Shown here: one piece after another, positions 46,603-55,984 of the stretch
Layout of the letters: the number at the start of each line of letters is the position of its first letter
How positions within the stretch are numbered: the stretch's first letter is position 1
Notes under the pieces: generated by a model
Seen by the model: the letters and a program-made list of their open reading frames with translations, nothing else
Databases searched by the model: none
Told to the model about the DNA's origin: nothing
Source: Mycobacterium sp.
GTDB taxonomy: Bacteria > Actinomycetota > Actinomycetes > Mycobacteriales > Mycobacteriaceae
Assembly: GCA_035996225.1 (NCBI GenBank)
Contig: DASYJS010000370.1
Span: 3,917 to 67,916 of the forward strand
Reading direction: 5' to 3'
DNA length: 64,000 nucleotides
Translations under genes and position numbers: made by a program

Positions 46603-46808
46603 AGAGCATGCTGATGAAAGTGACTGTCGACCAGAACATTTGCGCATCCTCGGGTAATTGCGTGATGAATGCGCCCGAGGTGTTCGACCAGCGTGACGAA
46701 GACGGCGTCGTCGTCCTACTCGATGAGGAGCCGTCCGCCGAGCAGACCGAAGGTGTACGCCAAGCAGCCGCGGCGTGCCCTGCACAGGCCATCTACCTCG
46801 AGGAATGA
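46599..46808 (+). CDS. Small [3Fe-4S]/[4Fe-4S] ferredoxin (P450 redox partner type)
   Basis: KVTVDQNICASSGNCVMNAPEVF...AAAACPAQAI. ATGA overlap with TetR (alternative ATG at 46614). Confidence 0.85.
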   Translation: MKSMLMKVTVDQNICASSGNCVMNAPEVFDQRDEDGVVVLLDEEPSAEQTEGVRQAAAACPAQAIYLEE

Positions 46809-46809
46809 A

Positions 46810-48063
46810 ATGTCAGACGCACTGACGAGCACCGGGATTTCTGGGACTGAGTCGAACTCCGAGATTCCGGATTATCCGATGGCCCGCAACGAGGGCTGCC
46901 CGTTCGCCCCACCCCCGGACGTCATGGCCCTGGCCGAAGAGCGGCCGCTGTCCCGGGTTCGGATCTGGGACGGCAGCACACCGTGGCTCATCACGGGTTA
47001 CGAGCAGGTGCGCGAGCTGTTCTCCGATTCCCGGGTCAGCGTCGATGACCGGGTGCCCGGCTTTCCGCACTGGAACGAAGGCATGTTGTCGACCGTGCAC
47101 AAGCGGCCCCGGTCGGTGTTCACCGCCGACGGCGAAGAGCACACCCGGTTCCGGCGGATGCTGTCCAAGCCGTTCACCTTTCGGCGCGTAGAAGGCCTAC
47201 GGCCGACGATCCAGCAGCTCACCGATGAGCACATCGACACGATGCTGGCCGGGCCGCAACCGGCGGACGTCGTCTCCGCGATCGCACTGCCGGTCCCGTC
47301 CTTGGTGATCAGCCAGATGCTGGGCGTGCCATACGAGGACGCCGAGATGTTCCAGCACCACGCCAATGTCGGCCTCGCGCGGTACGCCGCCGCCGAGGAC
47401 ACCATGAAAGGTGCGATGAGCCTGCACAAGTACCTGGCTCAGCTCGTCGAAGCAAAGATGGAAAACCCGGCCGAGGATGCTGTTTCCGACCTCGCCGAAC
47501 GGGTCAAGGCCGGTGAGCTCAGCGTCAAAGAAGCCGCGCAACTGGGCACCGGATTGCTGATCGCCGGGCACGAAACCACTGCGAACATGATCGGGCTCGG
47601 CGTCCTTGCGCTGCTGCTGAACCCCTCCCAGGCGGCCATCGTCCGCAATGCCGACGATCCCAAAGTTCTCGCCAACGCGGTCGAGGAGTTGCTGCGCTAC
47701 CTCAGCATCATCCAGAACGGCCAGCGCCGCGTCGCTCTGGAAGACATCCACATCGCCGGAGAGACCATCCGCGCGAACGACGGCATCATCATCGACCTGG
47801 CCCCGGCGAACTGGGATGCGGACGCCTTTACCGAGCCCGACCGGCTCTACTTGCACCGCTCGGGGGCCGACCGCAATGTCGCATTCGGCTACGGTCGCCA
47901 CCAGTGCGTGGGACAGCAGCTTGCCCGTGCGGAGTTGCAGATCGTGTACCAAAACTTGTTCCGTCGCATCCCGACCATGGCACTGGCCGTGCCGATCGAA
48001 AAGATCCCGTTCAAACACGACCGGCTCGCCTTTGGCGTCTACGAACTACCGGTTACCTGGTAA
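46810..48063 (+). CDS. Cytochrome P450
   Basis: I-helix AGHETT, EELLRY (ExxR), heme loop FGYGRHQCVGQQLA. The ATG is 1 nt after the ferredoxin stop. Confidence 0.92.
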   Translation: MSDALTSTGISGTESNSEIPDYPMARNEGCPFAPPPDVMALAEERPLSRVRIWDGSTPWLITGYEQVRELFSDSRVSVDDRVPGFPHWNEGMLSTVHKRPRSVFTADGEEHTRFRRMLSKPFTFRRVEGLRPTIQQLTDEHIDTMLAGPQPADVVSAIALPVPSLVISQMLGVPYEDAEMFQHHANVGLARYAAAEDTMKGAMSLHKYLAQLVEAKMENPAEDAVSDLAERVKAGELSVKEAAQLGTGLLIAGHETTANMIGLGVLALLLNPSQAAIVRNADDPKVLANAVEELLRYLSIIQNGQRRVALEDIHIAGETIRANDGIIIDLAPANWDADAFTEPDRLYLHRSGADRNVAFGYGRHQCVGQQLARAELQIVYQNLFRRIPTMALAVPIEKIPFKHDRLAFGVYELPVTW

Positions 48064-48125
48064 GCGAAATCGATTGAGCAGCCCGCGATTACTCCTCAAA
48101 TCCCGATCCGACTGGAGGGTCAATA

Positions 48126-49298
48126 ATGTCAACGCCGACAAGCACCGCTTCGCTCTACCCACCCGGGGGCTACGGCGCTCCGAAGGATCGCCGCGGGCAC
48201 GCGGCAGACAGCGATGTGGGTCTGCCGGAAGGGACAGTGGTCTTTTCGGCTGACAACCACATCTCCCTGGCCGACGACATCTTCTACGACCGTTTCCCCG
48301 ACGACCTCAAGGACAAGGCACCGCGGATCTGGTACGAGGACGGCGCCTACCAAGTTGGGCGCAAAGGGCAGTCGTTTTTGCCGGGCGACTTCAGCGCCGT
48401 GCTGATGCAGTACGACGATCTGCCCGGAGCAGCGAGCACCAACATCGAGGCCCGGATCCAGGAGTTGCATGACGACGGCGTCGAGAAGGAGCTGGCCTTC
48501 CCCAATGCCGTGCTGGCGCTGTTCCACTACCCGGACAAGAAACTTCGTGAGCTGACGTTCCGCATCTATAACGAATACATGGCCGAACTCCAGGAACGCT
48601 CGAACGGCCACTTCTATGGTGCCGGACTGATCAACTGGTGGGACCCGCAAGGCGCCAGGAAGACGCTGGAAGAGCTGAAATCGTTAGGGCTCAAGACGTT
48701 CCTGATGCCACTGAACCCCGGCAAGGACGACGAGGGCAACCCGATCGATTACTCGAGCACGTCGATGAGCGCCGTCTGGGACGAGATCGAGGCCGCCGGC
48801 CTCCCGATCACGCACCACATCGGCGAAACCCCGCCGAAAAGCCCGACCGAGTTCAACAGCGTCGTGGTCGGCATGATGATCAACATCGACGGGTTCCGGG
48901 AAACGTTCGCCAAGTACATCTTTGGCGGCATCCTCGACCGGCACCCGTCGCTGCGTCTCGGCTGGTTCGAGGGCGGCATCGCTTGGGTGCCGTGGGCGCT
49001 GCAGGACGCCGAGCACCTGGTGGCGTCCTATCAGCACATGTTCAATCGGCCGCTGGAACATGATGTGCGCTACTACTGGGACAACCACATGAGCGCATCG
49101 TTCATGGTCGACCCACTGGGCTTGCAATTGATCGACCAGATCGGCGTGGACAAGGTCATGTGGTCCAGCGACTACCCGCACAACGAAAGCACCTACGGCT
49201 ATTCCGAAAAATCATTGAAAGCCGTTGTCGACGCCGTCGGGCCGGCGAACGCGGCGAAGATCGTCAGCGACAACATCACGAAGTTCTTGGGTCTGTAG
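48126..49298 (+). CDS. Amidohydrolase_2 family protein (paralogue of 16218-17483)
   Basis: FSADNHISLADD, HHIGE, WSSDYPHNES. Confidence 0.85.
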   Translation: MSTPTSTASLYPPGGYGAPKDRRGHAADSDVGLPEGTVVFSADNHISLADDIFYDRFPDDLKDKAPRIWYEDGAYQVGRKGQSFLPGDFSAVLMQYDDLPGAASTNIEARIQELHDDGVEKELAFPNAVLALFHYPDKKLRELTFRIYNEYMAELQERSNGHFYGAGLINWWDPQGARKTLEELKSLGLKTFLMPLNPGKDDEGNPIDYSSTSMSAVWDEIEAAGLPITHHIGETPPKSPTEFNSVVVGMMINIDGFRETFAKYIFGGILDRHPSLRLGWFEGGIAWVPWALQDAEHLVASYQHMFNRPLEHDVRYYWDNHMSASFMVDPLGLQLIDQIGVDKVMWSSDYPHNESTYGYSEKSLKAVVDAVGPANAAKIVSDNITKFLGL

Positions 49299-50542
49299 TG
49301 ACGACGTTCGCCCAACTGGATACCAGCACCGGTAACGGACTGGTGATTCCCGAAACACCCGACTTGGCGCGCCTGCGCCGCGAGACGGGGGCCCGGCTGC
49401 GAACGGCCATGGCCGACCGCAGCATCGACGCGATGATCCTGCTCGGCAACAACGCCGTGGTCTACGCCACCGGTGCCAGTTGGCCGCTCGGCGACGCCGG
49501 CCTGTCCTACGTCGAGCGACCGGTGGCCGTGGTGGTCGCCGGCGACGAGTGGCCGCACCTGTTCCTGCCGTTCCGTGAGGGGGCCTCGCACGAGGCGGAC
49601 CTGCCCGCCGATCATTTGCACGGGCCGGTCTATCTCGAATTCGAGGAAGGCGTGGCCAATTTCGCGCGGACGGTTGCCGGCCTGATTCCGCCCGGAGCGG
49701 TAATCGCGGTCGACGAGTGTACGGGTGCGATGTCTCGTGCCGCGAATCTGTTGTTCCCCAACGGTGCTCCCGTCGATGCCGCGGCCATCGTCAGTGCGGC
49801 GAAGTTGGTCAAAACCCCGGACGAGTTGTCGTGCATGCGCACCGCCATTCGGATCACCGACGAAGCCATGGTCGAAGTCCACAAGCAACTGGCACCCGGG
49901 ATTCGTCAGATCGACTTGTCGGCAAGCTTTTTGCGCCGCGCCTTCGAGTTGGGGGCTACGGCCAGCATGCTCGAACCGATCTGGCAGGTGATGCCGCCGA
50001 GCAAGGCCGAGGGCGTGTGGACCACGCACGGTGACCTGGCGCTGCCACTGTTGAGCACCGAGCGCGAGCTGGTCGAAGGTGATGTGCTGTGGACCGACGT
50101 CAGCATCACGTACCAGGGCTACTGCTCTGACTTCGGGCGCACCTGGATCGTCGGCCATGATCCGTCGCCGCGTCAGCAGGCGCAGTTCGACAAATGGTTC
50201 GAGATCATCAGCGCGGTTCTGGGTGTCGCCAAGGCCGGCGCCACCGCGGCAGACCTGGGGCGGGCCGCGATCAAGGCCAATGGCGGCACTAAGCCGTGGC
50301 TGCCGCACTTCTACCTGGGCCATGGTATCGGCGTCAATGCCGCCGAAATGCCGATGATTGGAACAGATCTCGGCCAAGACTTCGATGAGAGCTTCGTCCT
50401 TCAATCCGGAATGGTGCTGGTTCTGGAGCCCGTGGTGTGGGAAGACGGCACCGGCGGCTATCGCAGCGAAGAGGTCCTGGTGATTACCGAGGAAGGCTGG
50501 ATCCGCTTGACCAACTACCCCTATGACCCCTATGGCAACTGA
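49298..50542 (+). CDS. M24-family metallopeptidase/creatinase-like hydrolase with a complete metal site
   Basis: All five pita-bread ligand positions are present: WTDVS, CSDFGRT, GHGIG, LVLEPV, SEEVLVIT. The GTG shares one base with the upstream TAG. Confidence 0.85.
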   Translation: MTTFAQLDTSTGNGLVIPETPDLARLRRETGARLRTAMADRSIDAMILLGNNAVVYATGASWPLGDAGLSYVERPVAVVVAGDEWPHLFLPFREGASHEADLPADHLHGPVYLEFEEGVANFARTVAGLIPPGAVIAVDECTGAMSRAANLLFPNGAPVDAAAIVSAAKLVKTPDELSCMRTAIRITDEAMVEVHKQLAPGIRQIDLSASFLRRAFELGATASMLEPIWQVMPPSKAEGVWTTHGDLALPLLSTERELVEGDVLWTDVSITYQGYCSDFGRTWIVGHDPSPRQQAQFDKWFEIISAVLGVAKAGATAADLGRAAIKANGGTKPWLPHFYLGHGIGVNAAEMPMIGTDLGQDFDESFVLQSGMVLVLEPVVWEDGTGGYRSEEVLVITEEGWIRLTNYPYDPYGN

Positions 50543-51659
50543 AGTCCTGCCCGACGAGCGCACGCTGCGCTCGGGGCGTCGCCAGCGGGCGCTAGACCAG
50601 ATGGCGGCACACGATCTCGATGTCCTGGTCCTCGGCCGGCAAGCCAACGTCCGTTACGTAACCGGGGCGCCGCAACTGTGGGTAGCCGGGACCCGGCCGT
50701 TCGGCCCGACCTGCGTGCTCGTGCGTCAGACGGGTGCCGTGCACCTACTGAGCACCTGGGATGAGGGCGTCCCCGACGACATCCCCCACGAAAACCTCTA
50801 TGGCATTTCGTGGAATCCGATGAACACCATGTCGGCGCTGCGGCGCATCGACGGTGCGGCAACCGCCCTGCGCGTCGGAACCGATGCGCTCTCACCGGTT
50901 TTCGCCAAGCTCCTGCCGACGGCGTTCCCCAACGCACAGCTGGTCGACGGAGAGTTGGCCATGCGGGCTGCCCGCCGGATCAAGACGGCTGAGGAGATCG
51001 CCGCGCTGCGGGAATCCGTCGCGGTGGTCGAATCGGCTCTGGCGGCCGCGGTACCGGAGTTGCGACCAGGGGTAAGCGAACAGGCGCTGGCCGGCGTCTT
51101 GCTGGAAGCCTCGGCGGCCGGCGGGGTGAGTACGCCGGCGAATCAAGATGTCGCATGGGTGACTTCGCGCGAGCATCCGTGGCGACGGGCCAACGGTGAC
51201 GGTCGTATCCAGGACGGTGATCTGGTGGCGTTTTCCGCCGGAGTCCTGGCGGGTGGCTATGTCGGCGAGGTAGGCCGTACCTGGCCGGCAGACAAGAGGC
51301 ATGCGCCCAACGGCGCCGCGGCGCTGTACGTGCGCTGGGAGAGTCTGTGGGGCAAGTTGATCGCTGCCTGCCGGCCTGGCGCGGGAGCGGACGAACTGCT
51401 TGCCGCCTACCACGCCGCCGGGGAAGCGGAGCCGCCGATGCCGGTGGCCCGCGGCCTGGGCATGGGATTCGACCCGCCCGTCGTCTCCAAGCACCTGCCC
51501 GCGACCGCGGCCGACGAACGTTTGGAGCCGGGGATGGTGCTCGCCGTCACGGGGTACGTGTGGGAAGAAGGACTCGGCGCGGTATTCGGGCGGGAAGCGG
51601 TCCTGATTACCGCCGACGGCTCCGAAGTGCTTACCGTGAGCCCGTTCTGGCAGCAGTGA
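50523..51659 (+). CDS. M24-family homologue with a degenerate metal site
   Basis: Equivalent positions read AFSAG (D to S), VGEVGRT (D to E), GLGMG (H to L), LAVTGY (E to T), REAVLIT (E kept). Overlaps the upstream M24 gene by 20 nt. Confidence 0.8.
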   Translation: MTPMATEVLPDERTLRSGRRQRALDQMAAHDLDVLVLGRQANVRYVTGAPQLWVAGTRPFGPTCVLVRQTGAVHLLSTWDEGVPDDIPHENLYGISWNPMNTMSALRRIDGAATALRVGTDALSPVFAKLLPTAFPNAQLVDGELAMRAARRIKTAEEIAALRESVAVVESALAAAVPELRPGVSEQALAGVLLEASAAGGVSTPANQDVAWVTSREHPWRRANGDGRIQDGDLVAFSAGVLAGGYVGEVGRTWPADKRHAPNGAAALYVRWESLWGKLIAACRPGAGADELLAAYHAAGEAEPPMPVARGLGMGFDPPVVSKHLPATAADERLEPGMVLAVTGYVWEEGLGAVFGREAVLITADGSEVLTVSPFWQQ

Positions 51660-54070
51660 CGCAACGCCGTATCGAACCGCCGCTGGCCGGCTATGCGGTG
51701 ATCGATCTGTCCACCGGTATAGCGGGTGCCTACTGCACCAAGTTGCTCGCCGATGGCGGCGCCGATGTCGTCAAAATCGAATCGCCCCAGGGCGATCCGC
51801 TGCGGGCGTGGTCGGCCTCGGGCGCCGCCATCCCGACCGACGGCGACGGCGCATTGTTCAGCTTCTTAGCCGGTGGGAAACATAGTGTCGTCGCCGATCC
51901 CAGCAAGGACGACGACACCGAACTGGTGAACCTGCTACTCGCATCGGCGGATGCGGTGGTCTGGTCTGCCGGTTCGAAAGTCGCTGAGCACCCGGACTTT
52001 ACGCCGCACGCCATCCATGGCCGCCACCCGCATCTCACCCTTACCTCGATTACCCCGTTCGGGCTGGAAGGTCCCTGGCGCGACCGCGCCGCGACCGAGT
52101 TCACGCTGCAGGCATGGTCGGGAGGAATAGTCGGGCTCGGACGTGGCGAGCAGGAACGGGCGCCCGTCTTCGTCGGCGGTCAAGTCGGTGAGTACCTGGC
52201 CGGAGCCTACGCAAGCGCGGCCACCTTGGCATCGCGATACCGCCGAATCGACGGCGGGGCGGGAGAACTGCTTGACCTTTCGATGCTCGAAACACAGATC
52301 TTGTGCCTCACGTATTACCCGGTGACCTACTTCGAAGTGCTCGGGCGGCCCTGGCGAGACACCCGCCGGCCGACGGTGCCCGGCGTGGCTCAAGCCAAAG
52401 ACGGCCTGGTGGATCTCGGCTGTGGGACGGCCCAGCAGTGGTTCGACTTGTGCGCGATGGTGGGCCACCCGGAGTGGATCGACGAGGAGTCACCACTGTC
52501 GATCACCGAGCTGGCCAACGTCTACGCCGACGAGATCTTTGACTGGATGGCCAGCACCCCGGTCGACGAAATCCGGGAACTGGCCACGGCATTCCGCATC
52601 CCCAACGCGCCTGTCGCCAACGGTGCGAATGTCACGGCACTTGATCAGTTTGCGGAGCGTGCTTCGTTCGTACGCAATCCCCGCGACGGCTTCCAACAGC
52701 CGGGTCACCCGTATCGGATGCGGCCCGCGCAGTTGCGCCAGCCGCATCCGGCCCCGCGGCTGGGGGAGCACACCGAGCATTACCGCGCCGCGAACCTGTC
52801 GCCACGGCCCGAAACGACCGGGGTCGCGAAATCTCTGCCGTTCAAGGGCCTTCGGGTAGTGGACATGACGACGTTCTGGGCGGGGCCCTGCTGCACCCAC
52901 TTTCTGGCCATGCTCGGTGCCGAGGTCATCCACGTCGAATCCACCCGTCGCCCGGATGGCACTCGGCTGATCGCCGGCGTACCGATCACCGAGGACCAGT
53001 GGTGGGAAAAGTCGCCGATCTTCGAGGCCCTGAACACCAACAAGAAGGGCCTCACACTGGACCTGCAGAGCCCGCGCGGACGGGAGTTACTGCGTCGGCT
53101 CATCGCAACATGCGACGTCGTCGTGGAAAACTTCACGCCGCGGGTGCTCGATCAGATCGGCCTGGACTTCGCCGCGATTCAATCGATTCGGCCGGATGCG
53201 GTGATGATGCGGATGCCCGGCTTCGGCCTCGACGGGCCGTGGCGCGACAACCCGGCATTCGCCTACGTCATCGAATCCGCGTCCGGCGTGAGTTGGCTCA
53301 CCGGTTATCCGGACCGCACGCCGTATGACCCGTATTCGATCGGTGACCCGAATGCGGGCGTGCATGCGCTCAATGCGCTGCTGCTGGCGCTGGAGCACCG
53401 CCGCCGCACCGGCGAGGGGGTGTTCGTCGAAGCGGCGATGGTCGATGCGGCGCTCAGCATATCCGCCGAGCAGATCGTCGAGTACTCGGCGTACGGCGCA
53501 CTGCTGGAGCGTGCCGGCAACCGGGGCCCAACTGCCGCGCCCCAGAACCTTTACCGCAGCGCCGATATCGACGAATTCGGCCGGCTCGATAGCTGGGTCG
53601 CCATCGCCGTGGCAACCGATGATCACTGGGGAAGGCTCTGCCGGGCACTCGGATCACCCTCGTGGGCAATCGATCCCACGCTATCGACCCAGGCCGGCCG
53701 GCGGATGCACGAGGATTCCATCGATGAGCACCTCGCTGCCTGGTGCGAGAACCGCAGCCGCGGCGAGATCGTCGCAACCCTGTGGGGTGCCGGCGTGCCG
53801 GTGGCCAAGGTCCTGCAACCGCATCGGCAAACCGAGTTGGAGCAGTTGGCTTTTCGCGGCTTCTTCGAAGAAGTCGAGCATCCGGTGAACGGGCGGGCCA
53901 GGCTCAGCACCGTGCCGATGAGGTTGTCCGGCGGTCCCGAGCTTTTTCACGCGAATCCCGCACCCACACTGGGACAGCACAACCACGAGTTGCTGGCCGA
54001 GTTGGGCTTGACCCCGGCAGAGATCGCGGACCTGGAAGCCGACGGAGTCATCGGCCAGGTGCCGACCTGA
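51656..54070 (+). CDS. Tandem-fused double family III CoA-transferase (about 804 aa)
   Basis: Two complete CaiB/BaiF-like halves: LAGYAVIDLSTGIAGAYCTKLLADGGADVVKIE... and FKGLRVVDMTTFWAGPCCTHFLAMLGAEVIHVE... GTGA overlap at 51656. The first 103 aa of the track ORF are rejected. Confidence 0.85.
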   Translation: MTQRRIEPPLAGYAVIDLSTGIAGAYCTKLLADGGADVVKIESPQGDPLRAWSASGAAIPTDGDGALFSFLAGGKHSVVADPSKDDDTELVNLLLASADAVVWSAGSKVAEHPDFTPHAIHGRHPHLTLTSITPFGLEGPWRDRAATEFTLQAWSGGIVGLGRGEQERAPVFVGGQVGEYLAGAYASAATLASRYRRIDGGAGELLDLSMLETQILCLTYYPVTYFEVLGRPWRDTRRPTVPGVAQAKDGLVDLGCGTAQQWFDLCAMVGHPEWIDEESPLSITELANVYADEIFDWMASTPVDEIRELATAFRIPNAPVANGANVTALDQFAERASFVRNPRDGFQQPGHPYRMRPAQLRQPHPAPRLGEHTEHYRAANLSPRPETTGVAKSLPFKGLRVVDMTTFWAGPCCTHFLAMLGAEVIHVESTRRPDGTRLIAGVPITEDQWWEKSPIFEALNTNKKGLTLDLQSPRGRELLRRLIATCDVVVENFTPRVLDQIGLDFAAIQSIRPDAVMMRMPGFGLDGPWRDNPAFAYVIESASGVSWLTGYPDRTPYDPYSIGDPNAGVHALNALLLALEHRRRTGEGVFVEAAMVDAALSISAEQIVEYSAYGALLERAGNRGPTAAPQNLYRSADIDEFGRLDSWVAIAVATDDHWGRLCRALGSPSWAIDPTLSTQAGRRMHEDSIDEHLAAWCENRSRGEIVATLWGAGVPVAKVLQPHRQTELEQLAFRGFFEEVEHPVNGRARLSTVPMRLSGGPELFHANPAPTLGQHNHELLAELGLTPAEIADLEADGVIGQVPT

Positions 54071-54085
54071 TCACCTGCTGGGCGG

Positions 54086-54937
54086 TTAGTGGCTCCACCC
54101 CTCGGCGGCCTGGTCGTCGAAGGCGCGGTCGATGCGTTCGAACCGGCGCTTGACCGAATTCCGGGCCGCCTGGTGCGGCAGGATGTACAACCGGTTGGCC
54201 AGAATCGCGTCGGCTGTCAGCCGCGCCACGTCGTCCACCGACACTTTTTCATCCTGAGTCGGCGGAAGCGGTCCGAACGCACTCGTCACGTCGGGCGCTG
54301 ACGCGAGTCCGTAATCCGCGCCGCGGATGCGTTCGGAGTTGGAGACCAGCTTCGTTTCGACGACCATCGGACACAGCACCGAGACGCCGATGCCGTTGTC
54401 CTTGACCTCGCGGGCCAGCGTCTCGGCCAGGCCGACAACGCCATATTTGGCAACGCCGTATGCCCCCAGGCCGGCGTTGGGTACCAGTCCGGCAAAGGAC
54501 GCGGTAAAGGCGATGTGGCCGCCGGTGCCCTGCGCGATCAACTTCGGCACGAACGCCTCCACGGCGTGGATCGAACCCCACAAATCGATATCGATCACCC
54601 ACCGCCAGTCCTCGTGCGTCATATCCACGAGCGGACCCGCGACAACGATGCCGGCGTTGCTGAAAACGACGTCGACCTGGCCGAGCAGGCGGAACGCCTC
54701 ATCCGCGAGATGAACCATCTCCTCGAGATGCCGCACGTCACACGTCACGCCGTGGGCGTCGACCCCCTCGGCCTTCAGGTGCGCCACGGCCCGTTCCAAC
54801 GTGGGCTTGTCGACGTCGGCCAGTACCACCCGGGCTCCGCGGCGGGCGAGTTCGGTGGCGGTGGCCAACCCGATGCCGCCTGCACCGCCGGTAATCACGG
54901 CACCGCGCCCCGCGAAATCAGATAGGAATCCGTCCAT
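54086..54937 (-). CDS. Short-chain dehydrogenase/reductase
   Basis: ITGGAGGIG, SNAG, YGVAKYG. ATG at 54937. Confidence 0.88.
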   Translation of the reverse strand: MDGFLSDFAGRGAVITGGAGGIGLATATELARRGARVVLADVDKPTLERAVAHLKAEGVDAHGVTCDVRHLEEMVHLADEAFRLLGQVDVVFSNAGIVVAGPLVDMTHEDWRWVIDIDLWGSIHAVEAFVPKLIAQGTGGHIAFTASFAGLVPNAGLGAYGVAKYGVVGLAETLAREVKDNGIGVSVLCPMVVETKLVSNSERIRGADYGLASAPDVTSAFGPLPPTQDEKVSVDDVARLTADAILANRLYILPHQAARNSVKRRFERIDRAFDDQAAEGWSH

Positions 54938-55054
54938 AGATTCCGAGCGTATTACCCGTTGCCCCGACGATTTGATCCCGGTACAACCGAGCATCCAACC
55001 AAGTATGAGCGCCTCATATAGATAGGGCACTAACTATTAGGGTACTATATAAAT

Positions 55055-55546
55055 GTGGCCACCCTGACTGCACGTGAGATTGATCCGCTTGCCCTGGAAC
55101 ACCAGGTGTGCTTCGCGCTGGCGACCACCAACCGGGCGGTCTTGGCGGTGTACCGCCCTCTGCTGGAGCCGCTCGGCCTGACCCATCCGCAATACCTGGT
55201 GATGCTGGCACTGTGGGACCACCGCAAGAACCCCGCGGCGGAGCAGTCGCCGCTGTCGGTCAAGCAGATTGCCGCCGCATTGCAGATGGATTCGGCCACG
55301 CTCTCGCCGATGCTCAAGCGCTTGGAGGGGCTGGGCCTGATCACTCGTGCCAAGAAGGCCACCGACGAGCGCACGACCGATGTGACGCTCACCGAGCGCG
55401 GAATCTCCTTGCGCAAGCGGGCACTTGAGATTCCGCCCGCCGTCGTGGCACGTCTGGGTGTCGAGCTGGCCGAACTGGAGAACCTGCATCGGGTCCTCAC
55501 CCGCATCAACGCGGCCGCTTTGGCGGCCGGCGCCTTGCAATCCTGA
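55055..55546 (+). CDS. MarR-family regulator, OhrR-like (redox-sensing Cys)
   Basis: LEHQVCFALATTNRAVLAVYRPLLEPLGLTHPQYLVMLALW matches the OhrR N-terminal Cys motif. GTG start immediately after TATATAAAT, so possibly leaderless. Confidence 0.82.
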   Translation: MATLTAREIDPLALEHQVCFALATTNRAVLAVYRPLLEPLGLTHPQYLVMLALWDHRKNPAAEQSPLSVKQIAAALQMDSATLSPMLKRLEGLGLITRAKKATDERTTDVTLTERGISLRKRALEIPPAVVARLGVELAELENLHRVLTRINAAALAAGALQS

Positions 55547-55564
55547 CAACCCTGAGGAGCTACC

Positions 55565-55981
55565 ATGACCGCCGCGAAACCCAATCTCTGGCAGTACATC
55601 GGCTATTCCTACGGCCGGCGCCTGCCTAACTCGATGCGCAGCTGGGTCGCGCGCGATCTCGCCGGCGACGGAGCCATCCGCCGGCACATGCTCCGGTGGG
55701 CGATACCGCCCTTGCTCGTCCTCGCTCCGCTGTGGCTGCTGCCCGCCTCGATCTACGTGCACACCGAGATGACAGCGCCGCTCTACTTCTGGGCGCTGCT
55801 GATATCCCTTGCCCTGAACAAGGTCTGGCGTCGGCACCGACTGGCAGACCATGGATTAGACCCGAACCTGGTCGACGTGATCAACCGCCGGAAACAGGCA
55901 CGGATGCACGAGGACTACATCCGTCGTTACGGGCCGCGACCCGAATCGGCGGAATGGCAGTCCAACAGCAGCCCGTTCTAG
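55565..55981 (+). CDS. Small membrane protein (DUF5313-like)
   Basis: 138 aa, two TM segments (PPLLVLAPLWLLPASIYV, LYFWALLISLAL). Family name from memory. Confidence 0.62.
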   Translation: MTAAKPNLWQYIGYSYGRRLPNSMRSWVARDLAGDGAIRRHMLRWAIPPLLVLAPLWLLPASIYVHTEMTAPLYFWALLISLALNKVWRRHRLADHGLDPNLVDVINRRKQARMHEDYIRRYGPRPESAEWQSNSSPF

Positions 55982-55984
55982 GGG

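Noticed and set aside
51347-51655. 103-aa N-terminal extension of the double CoA-transferase ORF
   Set aside because: It overlaps the 3' end of the second M24 gene and is Arg/Gly-rich. The CoA-transferase signature starts right after the GTGA junction at 51656.
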